In this document: positions 24,006 through 36,129 of the stretch, piece by piece
Numbering within the stretch: the stretch's first letter is position 1
Layout of the letters: every line of letters begins with the position of its first letter
Origin: Felis catus
Lineage: Eukaryota
NCBI RefSeq assembly: GCF_018350175.1
Contig: NC_058369.1
Coordinates: 3,040,001 to 3,104,000, forward strand
DNA: 64,000 nucleotides
Reading direction: 5' to 3'
The notes under the pieces: model-generated
Told to the model about the DNA's origin: nothing
What the model saw: only the letters and a program-made list of their open reading frames with translations
The model's database searches: none
Made by a program: the position numbers and the translations under genes

Positions 24006-25524
24006 GACAAGTGCCAAGGGGACTGGGGCTGCTTGAGGCCCAGGGTCCCGGCCCCACCTATTCAGCAAACTCTGCCTGAGGACCTACTGTGTGCCGGCAT
24101 GCGTCCCCAAAGGCCCAGTGAGGCTGCTTACTGACCCCCCCCCCGGGCCTCCTTGCGGATGGGGGGGGCTCTGAACTTAACCTCCGAATGTGACTCCAGG
24201 AATTCAGCCCCCTCCCCACCTACTGCGTGTCAAGGAAGTATGTGGTGAGGCCCCAGGAGGAAGCCAGGGGCGAGGAGCCCTCACCTGGAGGGGAAAACCA
24301 GACCCAGAGAGGGTGGGTGGCCGGCCCAAGGTCACACAGCAAGTCTGGTGCCCAGGTGCGGTCGCCAGGCCCACGCCCAGCCGCCCCCGCCCCCTCCCAG
24401 GCCAGCGGCCTGTGTTGCAAGGTTGGTCCCAACGGGTAACCCCGCCCTGACCTGGTGCCAATCCCTGCCTGGCCCGGTCCCCGGCCTGGGGTTTAATGGG
24501 ACAGGAATGCAGCGTCCCGATTAGGGAGTGGGGGGCACCAACGGCCCAGGGTGGCTGCCGGGCTGCCAGCCCGCCTGTCCTCACAGGCCTCCAGCCAGGC
24601 CAGACACCAGCAAACAGGCCCTCGGCCATTTTATGTGTCCATTTATTGCCCTAAATGGGGAGGGGCTTCCTGCCCAGGCCTTAAAGGGCCAGAGGCAGGA
24701 AGGCTGCAGGCCGGTGGGAAGTTGGGGGGCGGGGGGTGCTTCGAGGAGGTCACAGGGATCCCATCTGACCCCCAACTCATGGGTGGGGCTGAGGCTCACC
24801 CTATTCCCACGCTCTCGAGGGCTGTCGCGAGTCAGGAAGTAACAGCCCTGACGCCAGTCACCGGCTTCCAAGAGAAAGCCCCGGGAAGCCAGAGCCACTC
24901 GTGGGGAGTTAGAAGGAATGAGCTTCCCATCACCTGGGGGTAAGCAAAGCCAGGCTTCGCAGATTCCCAGCACGGTCTAGCCCACCCTTGCTCAGGCTGT
25001 ACCTGCTTGGACAAAATGCCCAGAAGGGGCCTGGCTGGCCTCTCGAAGCTGTCCTCTCTTTCGTCCAGACCTCTCCCTCCCTCCCCCGAGGCCTGCTTGT
25101 TACCAGGAGGTGCCTGCACCTCCCACCACCACCCCCCCCCCCGCCCCCAGCCCGGGCAGGTGGATCGCTAAGCCTGGAGGGCCCAGACGAGGGGGAGCCT
25201 GGCCCATTGGGGCCTTGTGTCCTGTGCCCACAAACCCGCCAGCTCCCTCCCATCAAACACATCCTGATGGGAGGTGGGACGGGGCCTTGTTTTCCAGTTA
25301 AACCAGAAAGGCGTGGGTGGGGACACTTCCACCGAGTGGCCGCTCACAGCCTGCTGGGGGGACAGATGGAGGGGCCAGTCCTTTGGCCAGGCTCTTCACA
25401 AGCGCCAGATTCTCAGCAGGGCCCCTTCCGCGCTTTGGGGCTCCACTCAGGACTTGGGCCCCGAGGGCAGGCGCTGCTCCTCAACAGGCCCGACCCTGAT
25501 CTCGACAGGGGTCCTCACAGGTCT

Positions 25525-25620
25525 GTAATCACTGCCCCACTTTACGGGTCAGGAAACTGAGGCTCAGAGAGGGGAAGTGACCCGCCCAGGGTCACACAGC
25601 AGAGCTCACTCTGAACACAA
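25525..25620 (-). mobile_element. MIR
   Basis: ccactttac..aggaaactgaggctcagagaggggaagtgacccgcccagggtcacacagc. Confidence 0.75.
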
Positions 25621-26304
25621 GCCCACTGGCTCTGCACTGCCCGGCTGGTCCTTCCCAGGCTCCTCCCCCCTCCTCCACACTGCCCCCAGGTACCAGCAAG
25701 GGACTGAACCCCCTACCCTGGAGGCCTTGGAGCCGAGCCCCCTCAGAGCTGCCTCTGCCTCAGAAAAAGGAGAGGTTTGCCTGAGGTCACAGAGGGAGCC
25801 TGGGGCAGGACTGGAGTCCTGCTGACATCTGTGAACTCAGGACAGGGGGGCCCTAACCCCTGGTCACCAGGGATGCAGCACTCTCCCAGGCCCTGACACC
25901 GCACGACAGTCGCTCAGCCAAGTCTCCTGGGGAATCAGGGACTAAACCCTCAGGACCACAGGTTTGGGCTGATGGCGAGACTGAGGCTGGCAGAGGGGCG
26001 GTGGTGGCCTCCCCAAGGCGACCTCAGGTGGAGGTGAGGGCTGGGCTGGGACTGGACCACACTGGCCCCCACCCAAGCCTGTTCCTCTGGTCCCCACTGC
26101 CCAGGGCTGTTGCAGGGCGGTTTATGGTCCATCAGGTGCCTGGAGCACAAGGTGACAGGTGAGGGGGTTCTGCATGTCTCAAGTGGCCGGGCTGGCAACA
26201 CACTCCGGCAGAATCCCCGTGGCGCCCTGAGTTGATCTAGGTGCTCCCTCCACGAGGGAGGGCAGGAAAGAGGACACAGGTAGGACCGCCCAGGGAGAAC
26301 CCTG

Positions 26305-26700
26305 TAACCCCAATTTACAGCGGGGGACACCCAGGCTCCAAAAGGCCAAGGGGCTTGTCCAAGGTCACACAGCAGCTAGTGGGTCATTCGAAACCCCGGC
26401 AGACCTCGGGCCAGCTCTGCTGCAGAGGGGCTGGCCCTGAGTCTCAGCTTTAGCGAGGTGACCTCAGTCATCTTGGGTAGAATGGGTCATAAAACCCAGA
26501 GCCCTGCCCATCTCCAGGGGCCAAGGTGCCAAGGTGCGGGACTGTGGCTCAGAGAGGGCAGGAAAGGCCTTAGCGAGCCATAAAAGTACCTGCCACAGAA
26601 GGCTGGGGAGGCGAGAGGACAAGGGGCTCATGCTGTGTGACCTTGGGCACCTGGCTGGCCCTCTCTGAGCCTCGCTGTCCTCTTTGGACACAGGGTTTCA
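26305..26700. mobile_element. Two MIR fragments in opposite orientation (26305-26420, 26630-26700)
   Basis: ttgtccaaggtcacacagcagct; gctgtgtgaccttgggcacc..ctctctgagcctc. Confidence 0.65.
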
Positions 26701-28523
26701 TAAGCCCCCGGAAGTCTCCATTTGGCCTACAAATGCCGGCTCTCAGCCCCCAGGTCCCCAGGAAGAGAAGTGGGTGGGTGCCCCTCAGCTGAGAGGAGAC
26801 TCGTCTTGTGAGTCAGGAGGCAGGGCCATGAGGGTCAGACCCAGGCCCAGCTAGGTGACCTTGGGCTGCTCTCTGCTTCCCCCTGGGCCTCAGTCTCCCC
26901 TGCCCAACACGGCACCTGCTCCGAGGGCTGCTGTAAGCCGCCCCCCCTGCCTGCCCCGGGGTCCCCACACGCGTGTCTAGCCTCCCCTCCCAGCCTTGGT
27001 TTCCTCCTGTGGCCAAGGGGACTGCCACCAGCCTGACCCAGCTATAGGTCAGAGGGCCCCAGGGAAGAGAAAGGAAGGGAAAAGGCAAACACGCGTACTT
27101 GCTACGGCCTCAGGAACCTTCCCCACTGGATGAGACCCAGCTCTGCCAGGCCTCAGTCTCCCACACAGAGGAAAGGGCGCATCAGCTCCCTGCGGCCACC
27201 CCCTGCTGCTTCTCCTAGGGCCTGTGCTGAGAGTTTCTCGTGGCTCCCGGCCCGGGCCAGGGTGCTGACTGGCCACCACGCAGCCAATCAGAACTGAATA
27301 ATAAATACCCCCCCAAAGTGACCCTCGAATTAAAATTTCAGTGTCCCCGTTGGCTCCTCTTTCCCTCATTAGGCATGCGGATCCCAGGCCTCCGCTCTTC
27401 CAGTCACCGGCTCCTGCCCCCCCTTCTCCCCTAGGCTCCCGTCTCCACAGCGATGGCTGGCGGTAAACAGAGCCCCGAGCCCAGCCGACAAGTGCCAGGC
27501 CCGGTGCGCTCTAGGGGCCCCAGCGGGGGTGGCCCCCAGGGGAAAATGCCCCCTGCACGGAGCCGAGCCTGGACTCCCCGGACCTCTCCCAAGACCAGCT
27601 CTGCCAATAGGAAGTGATCGGCTGGTCCTGCGGAGGGCCCCCCCAGTGTGGGAGCGGCACACTCAGGGTTACGCCCTGGCCGTGTTGTGGTGGGGGGGAG
27701 GGGGGGGGCGCTGACATGGAATCCCGGATGCCCTCTCCAGCCGGCCCTGCTCCCGGAGGCAGCTGGCAGGGGGAGGGGGTGCGTAGTAAACCAAGCCTGC
27801 CACCCATGGGTGAACCAGGTGGGCACACCCGGGGAAGGGGCACCAGCACCTCTCTCACTTCCGCCGCCCAGCTTGGGGGGGTGGGGGGAGGAGTTGTCTG
27901 CCTCCCCTGCCGGCTCACTCCACTGCTGGCTGCATTCCCCAAACATTTAGTGGGCGCCCACTGGGTGCCCCAGCCAGGTTGGACAGCAGTCTCTTGCTGC
28001 GGTCCACCGGGCTCCCCAGCCAGCAGTGCCACCCAGAACCCGCAAAGGCCTGTGCCCCGGGGAGAGGTGGGGGGGGTGCACCGGCCCCGGCGCTCAGTTC
28101 AGGCCCCTGCCTGGTTCCAGGCCCGGGACTAGGGGAGGGGGCTGGTTCCCAAGCCAGGGAGGGAGGAAGGGCGAGGGAGGGGGCCGGATCCCACCAGCTC
28201 ACCCCCTCCTCTGCCGGGACTCAGGGTTCGCACGTGGTGGTGGCGTCAAGGGGAAGGAGGGGGGGGTCTGAGCCAGAGGAGACGGGGTCACGCGCTTTGG
28301 GGGCGCGGGCGGGAGGAGAGGGGTGCTCTCCGCCCCCTCCCCCGGGGCCGGAGCCGCGCGGCCGCGCGGGCGGGGCAAGGGGCCAGGCCTGTCCCCCCAC
28401 CCAAGGCTGAGTCAGGCCCGGGCGGGGGCAGGAAGCGGCCCCCTCCCCCGCCCCGGCCGCAGCGCGCGGCCCCCGCCCCGGCCCGCGGGCCCCCGCCGCA
28501 CCGCCCGCGTGAGGGGCTCCTAC

Positions 28524-28900
28524 CTCCTTCCCGGGGCAGCGGCGAGGGGGCCCGGCCCCGGCGGCGGCGGTGGCGGCGGCTGCGGCTGGGCTGGCTCCCT
28601 CCGAGGGGCCGGGAGGCGGCAGTGAGCCTGGCCCCGCGCCACCCCCCGCCGCCGGCGGCCAATCCCCACCCGGGCTGGGGGGAGGGCGATGCAAATTACC
28701 CCGGATCTGGGTCCGCCCGCCCGCCTCCCCCACGCCCGGGCCCGGCCTGCACTAGGCCGCGCATCCCCGGGCTCGCTTGCGCCGCGCGGCCGCTGGGGCC
28801 GCCGCCCTCCCCGGGGAGCGCCGGGTGGGTGACCCACCCCCCCCTACCGGGGCGGGGGGCCGAGGGGAGGGGGGCTGGGGACGGTTACACAACCAGGCGG
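28524..28900 (-). other. ZBTB7A: Probable alternative non-coding first exon of ZBTB7A (5' end approximate)
   Basis: Donor-like GAG|GTAGGA at 28524 in CpG island, downstream of CCAAT (29059-29063) and ACTACA/ZNF143 motifs. Confidence 0.45.
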
Positions 28901-29785
28901 GGAGGGGCCCCGGGGCGGGGAGGGGGCCGGCCCGCGGGCCGCGCAGCCGGAAGCCGGGGACCGCCACCGGCCCCCGGCGAGGGGAGCCCGGCTTCAGGCT
29001 CCGCCTCCGGGCCGGCTCGGCCCGCCTCCGCGCCGCGCCGCGCGATCGGTCCGCGCCCATTGGTTCGCCGGCCCGCCGCTCACCGCCCCTCCTCCGCACC
29101 GCCCCTACCCGCGGACCGCGGCGGGCCGCCGGCGCGAGGCACCCTGGGACTTGTAGTCCCAGCCGCCTGCCACCTGCCAGTCGCAAGCGGTGGGGGGACT
29201 ACGGCGTCCAGAAGCCCCCGCGGCCGCGCCCGCCCACCGGGACACTCCACCCCTTCCCCCTCCTTTGCAAAGCCCCCCTCCCTGTTTTTTCAGCCCCCTC
29301 CCCCCCATCCCCCATGGAGCTCAATCCTGGCCAACTCCAACGTATGCACGCAGCACCGAATAGGCCCCCGGGGGGCGAAAGCACCCCCAGTACCTAGCTG
29401 CAAACTTAGCACGCGACGCGCCCCCCTATCTCCCCACGCCGGTTCCCCCCCACCCTCAATGCGGCCCCGCTTCCCCTCCCCCGCTCCCCGCGCGTCTGGG
29501 ATCCCCGAAAAGCCATGCACTGGGGCGCGGGGGGGGGGTGCTGGGGCATAAACCCATGCACTTCGCCCCCAATCCCCCTTCCCGGGCGGCGCCCCCTCCC
29601 CGCGCTCGGGATCCAGGGCGCTCCCAGCCTCCGGGCAGCTGCCAACCACCCCCTCCTCTGAAACTTGCGGAACGTCCGCGGCTTCCCGGATCTCCCCTTC
29701 CCGAGAGGGCAGAGGTGGGCGCAGCGCCCCCGGCCCGTCCCCGCCCTGCACCCCGTGCGGGGGGCCGCGCCGGGCGCTGACTTAC

Positions 29786-30000
29786 CTCGCGCGGCCGGGC
29801 CGGGGCCGGGCCGGGCCGGGGCGCGAGGGGCCGGGGCCCGGAGTTGGGACTGGGCTCCTCGGCCGCTCGCCTCCGGGGTCCGCGTCTCTCGCTCTCCGCC
29901 TCTCGCGCTCTCCACTCGTCGCTCCCTCGCTCCGGCGGCGGCGGCGGCGTCACTGCCCCTACAGTAACTGTACAGTACAGCCAAAGCCCCGTATGATGCT
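29786..30000 (-). other. ZBTB7A: ZBTB7A non-coding exon 1 (5' end approximate)
   Basis: Perfect donor GAG|GTAAGT at 29786 within CpG island; (GCC)n leader; no upstream ATG seen. Confidence 0.75.
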
Positions 30001-31959
30001 CGCGACTCCCTTCCTGGTTTCTCCGAGGGCAAGAGGGGTCCTCCCTTGTCTTAAAGGTGCCGCAGCCGCCGGCCCCCCCCACGCCCAGCCCGCCCCCCCC
30101 ACCCCGGCCTCGGAGGCCAGAACAGGCTCGGCAGGTCCCCCCTTGCCACGTCTCTGCCCTCCCGTGGGGCTTCGCCCGCTGCGCCGGGGAGACCGGGCTG
30201 TTATTAGGTTTTGTCAAGTTGGTGGGGGGGGGGTCCAGCCCGCCCCCGGCGCGCCCCCCCTCCTCTGACCTCTCCGCCCCGCTGCGCGGCGCCGTGCCAG
30301 CTTGCCAGCTTATCTGGCCCCAGAGCTCCCCGGGGCGCGGGGGGAGCGGGCCCCCCGGGGTGGAGGGGGGTGGGGGCCTCCAGATAAACAGGCCCCCAGC
30401 CTCTGCGCAGGGGCGGGTGCGGGGGGGCGCGGGCTTTGCCCCCGACGCCCGGGGCGTGGCAGGATGGCAGCGGGGGCGGGGAGGGCTGTGCGCACTGCGA
30501 GGACCGACGCGGGCGTGGGTCGCGGCGGCCTGGGCCGCTGGGGTAGGGGGGGGCGAGGGAGCGGGGACCCGGGGCCAGGCGCCGGCCCTCCCGGGGCCTC
30601 AGTTTGTCCCGCCGCAGAAGGGACCCGGGGGCGGGTTTTCGACTGACGGCTTGGGTCCGCTGGGCTCCCGGGTCCCTAAATGAAACAGCCAACCTGCCTG
30701 CCCGCGATTATATAAAAGAGTCGCCTCCGCCCGCTGCGCCAGGGGCGTAGCGGGGGAAGGGGTTGGCGAGGGGCGGGCTGGGCGGTTGTTTTCCCGGCTT
30801 TCCGAGTTCCCCCACCCAACTGCGGGCCGCTGGGCTGGACGGGGACCGGGCCCCGGACGTCTGGGTCCTGCGGGCCGCTCGCTCAAGGGTCTGCGTGGCT
30901 CCGGAGGGGCAGAGATGGGGAGTGGGGAGGCGTTGGCTCAGCCCGACTTTTTTTTCCCTGTCCATTTCTCCCACTTCCTCCCCGGTCGTGGGAGAGGTCC
31001 GGCGGGGCACGGGGGAGGGGGAGGAGGGGCCGCGCGGTGAGAAACAGCCTGACCCGGCCCGGCCGGCTGCCCGCTGCACACAGTAGGCGCCTGGGGAGGG
31101 CCGGCCGGTGCGATCAGCCGCGCGAGGGGCTCTGGGCCTCAGTTTCCCCTTCCTCCTTCCCTCGGACGGAGAGGGCTGGCACCTGCTTTATAGCCGCCTT
31201 TTACCGAGCGCCTCTCGAGTGGCTGGCTCTGTCCCGGGTCCTGTTTACCTCCATTCGAACATCCAATCGCGTTATAATCATTATTATTTACTGTTATCAT
31301 CATTATCACCACCCTTACTGGCCCTGCCATGGGTGAAGGGGATGGGGTCTGTCCTTCTCGGACTTCAAAGCTTCCCACCGCCCCTGGTACTTTATTGCTT
31401 CTTCGCCCAACATATTAAAGGCGCCTTTCAACTCCCAAACGGGTTGAATCGGCTTTTGTAATAATAATTTGGCTTCTAGGGGAAACCCGGGAGGCCCCCA
31501 GAGGGGAAGTGCCAGCCCCAGGACTGAAACCAGCCCCTGGTAGGTAGGAAGGGACTGAGGGAGGGGCCGTGTGGGTCCCGGTGAGGGTGGAACCCAGGGA
31601 CTTTGCTCTAACGACCCTGCCTGGGATATAAGCCCGTTTTCCTTCCTTAAACCAGCCTGCCATCAGCCTTAGGACATAAGGGCCAGGCAGAAAGACAACT
31701 TGCAGGTCTCAGGGCTGTGCCGGGACTCCTGCAGATAACCGGAGCTCGGGCCTTGCTCCTCAATGGCCTCACCCCCTTCCCCGCAAGCTCCACCCTCCGG
31801 GTGACTCAGTTTCCCCTCCTGTACCATGCAGCCCTGAGTATCCTGCACTGTTTTTCCACAGGGGATAAACCGCTTCAGGAGGGGCAGGGAATGAATATAG
31901 ACGCGTACAGAAGATGGGCATTGAATCTAGACTTCATTATGCCCTGAGAAGAAGGAGTT

Positions 31960-32460
31960 ACATAATTTCCATCTTACATATGACAAAACTGAGGCCCAGA
32001 GAGGGGCAAGGGGCAAGGGCGTCAAATCCAGCATTCCACCTGACTCCGGACCCTGACAGAAGGGCTGGGGGTGGCTCCTCCAAGGATGTGCCGGGCTGGC
32101 ATACCCCGCCCCACCCCCCCATGCTCACTCCAGTCCCTGCAGTGAAAACAGGAAGGGAGGCAAAGCTTTGTCCTGACCCCCATTCCTCAGACCCTACTCC
32201 CTCCCCTCCCCCCACATTACCCAGGTAGATACTATTTTTAGAGTTCATAGAGCATAAGAGGTTGAGTTACTGTGTGACCTTGGGCAGGTTACTTAACCTC
32301 TCTGATCCTCAGCGTCCTTTAGAAAATAATGACCCGGACATCCTAGGGTTGTAAACAGGGGAGAGACAAGGTGGCACGGGTAACGATCTTCAACAGCACA
32401 GTGTGGCGGAAGTCGTTAGTACAGCCTAGATGTCATTCTGTCGGTGTTATTACTACTCTT
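31960..32460. mobile_element. MIR fragments (31960-32050 minus, 32265-32460 plus)
   Basis: aaactgaggcccagagaggg; ctgtgtgaccttgggcaggttacttaacctctctg. Confidence 0.7.
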
Positions 32461-33049
32461 GGGCCACACCCCCCTCCCGTTCCTGGCCAGGGCAGCGCTG
32501 GATTGAAACCCACCTTTCAGAGCTGAAACGTCCACACGCGCTCATAGCGTTTGTAACTTCATGGGCAGAACCCCCACCCCCGTCAGCGGCTTCTTGGGGC
32601 GTGTCAACCTGACCAGCTCTGTCTTAGCCACAGAGCAATACGAAAATTGACACATAGCGGGCACTTGTCTCCAAACTAACTCGTTCCAGGGTCGGTGGTA
32701 ACGTCACCTCTGCTTTTCTGACTTCTGTCTCCGCCTGCGTTGTCGGTCCCCCTGTGCAGCATCGATTGTCAACCCTGAGGTACGGGATGATGACGCCGAG
32801 ACCCGGAGGAGGAGAAGTTGAATAATTTCCCAAAGACGCACAGCGAGGCATTGGGTGGACATGAATTCAGGTTGTGTTGGTGAGGCTGCAAATTTGTAGA
32901 TTTTGAGCAGTTAATTCTTGTCACCATGAGCGGGGATAGCTTCTGGGGGATGCTCTCAGGAGGATGGGGAGCAGGGCCAGAGACCTTCTGTTCACTGTCT
33001 TTGATCTGAATTCCGTACCACGCGTATATTATTGTTTTAAGTATTCTCT

Positions 33050-33128
33050 ACGCCCCGCGTGGGGCTCGAACTCAAAACCCCGAGATCAACAGTCACATGC
33101 TCTACCGACTTAGCCGGCCAGGCGCCCC
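33050..33128 (-). mobile_element. tRNA-derived Can-SINE head (truncated, older type)
   Basis: ggggctcgaactc..gagatcaacagtcacatgctctaccgacttagccggccaggcgcccc. Confidence 0.75.
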
Positions 33129-33179
33129 AATGCATACGTTGTTTGCCATGAAATTTAAAATATCTTTCAAGTAACATTC

Positions 33180-34125
33180 TTTAACTTTGGTGCTTCAGAG
33201 AACACCATCAAGGGAGTGAAAGAAACACCCACCGAAGGGGAGAGAAAGAAGCTTCGCAAATCATAGCTACGATAAGGGCCGACTCGTCGGAACCTACAAA
33301 GAAACCTGAAACTCGACGCTAAAGGCAAAGTGACCAAATTGTTTCGACCGGGCGAAGGATTTTAACAGCCGTTTCTCCAAAAGAGATACATAAACGGACC
33401 ATAAAGTTCATGAAAAGTTGCCCAACATCATTAGTCATCAGGGAAATGCAAATCAAAACCACGATGAAACACCACCTCACCCCTGCTGGGATGGGGAGAG
33501 TGAAAAAGGTCGGTAACAAGTGTCGATGGGATTGGGGAGAGGCCGGAACCCCCGCCCCCCTGCCACCAGCACCACGAGTGGTGGGAACGCACGGCGGCAC
33601 AGCTGTGGCACTTCTTCCAGAAGTTAACGGGGGACCCTACGTGTGTATCCAAGAGAAATGACAGCCTCTGGCCCACACAGCAACTTGTGCGCGAAAATCC
33701 GCAACAGCGTTACTTGTAACAGCCCCAAACTCAACACCGTCCAAACGTCCGTCGACTCATGGATGCGTAAACACAACGTGTCCATCTATACACGCGCACG
33801 TCACTCGGGTGTGTCCCCCCGCACACGCGCACATCCCGCGGCTGCGAGCAGGAGCGAGGCGCCCGCCCCCGCCGCCCCGCGGACGGTCCCCGAGCACACG
33901 ATGCTCAGGGAGGGGACCCGACATGAGAGGCCACGCGGGGTGGGAGTCCGCGGGTGTGAAACGTCCAGAACGGGCTCCTCCACGGACGGGAAGGGGGCTC
34001 GTGGGGGCCGGGGAGGGACAGTGACTGCCAAGGGGGAACGGGGTTTCCTTTAGGGGTGATGAAAATGTTCTAAGATTAGATTGAAAACCACTGACTTCTA
34101 TACTCTAAAGAGTGAATATTGGGGT
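33180..34125 (+). mobile_element. L1M relic (ORF2 end + 3' UTR), copy A2 with GC core 33781-34013
   Basis: catcattagtcatcagggaaatgcaaatcaaaaccacgatga (SLVIREMQIKTTM, L1 ORF2 C-terminus) followed by 3' UTR. Confidence 0.85.
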
Positions 34126-34144
34126 ACGTGGATTGTGGACTTTT

Positions 34145-34149
34145 TTTTA

Positions 34150-34180
<31 letters not shown>

Positions 34181-34393
34181 AAAATTTTTTTAACGTTTAT
34201 TTATTTTTGGGACAGAGAGAGACAGAGCATGAGTGGGGGAGGGGCAGAGAGAGACGAGACACAGAATCTGAAGCAGGATCCAGGCTCTGGGCCATCAGCC
34301 CAGAGCCCGACGCGGGGCTCGAACCCACGGACCGCGAGATCGTGACCTGAGCTGAAGTCGGACGCTCAACCGACTGAGCCACCCAGGCGCCCC
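34145..34393 (-). mobile_element. Can-SINE (SINEC_Fc type) with extended (TTTA)n tail
   Basis: Full tRNA-like head, (CT)n linker and tail; TSD ATTGYGGACTTTT at 34132-34144 and 34395-34407. Confidence 0.92.
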
Positions 34394-34419
34394 AATTGCG
34401 GACTTTTAAAACGCAAAGC

Positions 34420-34897
34420 AACGCCAGTATTCACGGCAGCGTTACTCACAACACCAAAATGTGGAAACCACCGAATGATCCAGCGATAGGCAAAAGGATT
34501 AACACGGCGCAGTCCATCCACACCCTGGAATATTACTCGGCCTTAAAAAGTCAGGACGTCCTGCCACCTGCCACCACGTGGACGGACCCGGAGGACGCCG
34601 TGCGCAGTGACAGGAGCCGGACACAGAAGGACACGTCCGCGCGACCCCACACACAGGGGGTCCCCAGAGGAGTCCCGTCCACAGAGACAGAGAGTAGACG
34701 GTGGGAGCCAGGGGTGGGGCAGGGGGCGGGGAGTCCGTGCTTCCTGGGGGCAGAGTCTCAGTTCTGGGGAGATGGAAGGTTCTGGAGACCGATGGCGGGG
34801 GCGGCTGCACGACAGTGTGGGGGTCAGTAACTTATGCAGGCAAGAGCGGTTGAAATGGTACATTTTATGCCACGTATGCATGATCACAATAAAAAAG
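34420..34897 (+). mobile_element. L1MB (L1MB3-like) 3' end, copy B1 with GC-homogenised core
   Basis: ggaatattactcggccttaaaaag..gagtctcagtt..ggttctggaga..aaatggtacattttatg..cacaataaaaa. Confidence 0.75.
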
Positions 34898-35096
34898 TAA
34901 AAAATAAAAAAGAAGTCAACCTGAAAGAGTTAGTGTTGTTTTGAGCACGTGACTGTCCGGCTTTATGATCCGTTAGACCCGCCAACAGCTGTGTGAGAAC
35001 CCAACACAGGCCACGGAGAGGCCAGCGGGGATCTGGTGTGGGCATCCGGGGAGCATAGACGGAGGTCACAGCGGCAGCAGGAAGAACGAGTCTGTT

Positions 35097-35314
35097 TTGT
35101 ATTTGAGGTTTATTTGTTTATCGAGAGAGAGAGAGAGAGAGAGAGAGAACACAAGCAGGGGAGGGGCAGAGAGAAGCAGAGACAGAATCTCAAGCAGGCT
35201 CCACGCCGTCAGCACAGAGCCTGACTTGGGCCTCGAACTCACGAACTGCAAGGTCACGGCCTGAGCTGAGATCGGGAGTCGGAAGCTTAACCGACTGAGC
35301 CACCCGGACGCCCC
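35097..35314 (-). mobile_element. Can-SINE
   Basis: Head/linker/tail; TSD AGAACGRGTCTGTT at 35083-35096 and 35315-35328. Confidence 0.9.
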
Positions 35315-35589
35315 AGAACGGGTCTGTTCCGCAGGTCAGGTGGAAAAGAGCTGTCGCTGGGTCCGATGTCGGAGGTGGGGGGACGGGAGGCCTAGAACCC
35401 GAAGGGCTTGCCAGGTTTCCGGGGGGGGGCAGTGGACAGTTGGATAAGGAGTATCAGGGAGAGGGTGGCCTTGGCTTGGGGGTGTCCCTAGACCTGCCTG
35501 TGTGTGTGTGCAAGTGTATGGATACGTTTACTTCTATTGTTGGTCTTAAATATATATAAATGACATAATGCAATTATTTTTAAAGAGGG

Positions 35590-36006
35590 TTTTTTCTTTA
35601 GTGCTTATTTATTTTTGAGAGAGAGATTGAGAGACAGCGCGAGCAGGGGAGGGAGGGGCAGCGAGAGAGGGGGACGGAGGATCCGAAGCAGGCTCTGTGC
35701 TGACAGCAGAGAGCTCGAGGTGGGGCCCCAGCCCACGCGCTGTGAGATCACGACCTGAGCCGAAGTCGGGCGCTTAACTGACTGAGCTGCCCAGGTGCCC
35801 CTATTTATGTATTAAAAAAATTTTTTTAATGTTTATTTTTGAGAGAAAGAAAGAGAGCACTAGTGGAGGAGGCTCAGAGAGAGGGAGACGGAACCCGAAG
35901 CGGACTCCAGGCTCTGAGCTGTCAGCACAGGGCTCGAACCCACGAACCGCGAGATTGTGACCTGAGCCGAAGTCGGACGCTCAACCGGCCGAGCCACCCA
36001 GGCGCC
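35590..36006 (-). mobile_element. Two tandem Can-SINEs (35590-35802 and ~35812-36006)
   Basis: Two heads ending caggtgcccc and caggcgcc, each with its own tail. Confidence 0.88.
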
Positions 36007-36129
36007 TCTGCAATTAGTTTTGAAAAGACCCACGACCTCCTCCCTCCACCCAGAACCAGCAGGATGGCATTCTTACAAGGTGTCTCTGACCCCTCCTCTG
36101 ATAACGACCCTAGAAAATATTAAGTCCCC

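Larger units (their letters stand above)
28200..31100. promoter_or_regulatory. ZBTB7A: CpG island / ZBTB7A promoter region
   Basis: Very dense CpG and GC boxes; CCAAT 28659, 29059; octamer ATGCAAAT 28689-28696; ZNF143/THAP11-type motif 29138-29160; GATA sites 30310-30315 and 30382-30387. Confidence 0.85.

Noticed and set aside
33050..33128. Possible tRNA gene
   Set aside because: It is the tRNA-derived head of a Can-SINE; no complete cloverleaf or terminator seen.
33410..33661. ORF with L1 ORF2 motif SLVIREMQIKTTM
   Set aside because: Short decayed L1 fragment, not an intact retrotransposon gene.
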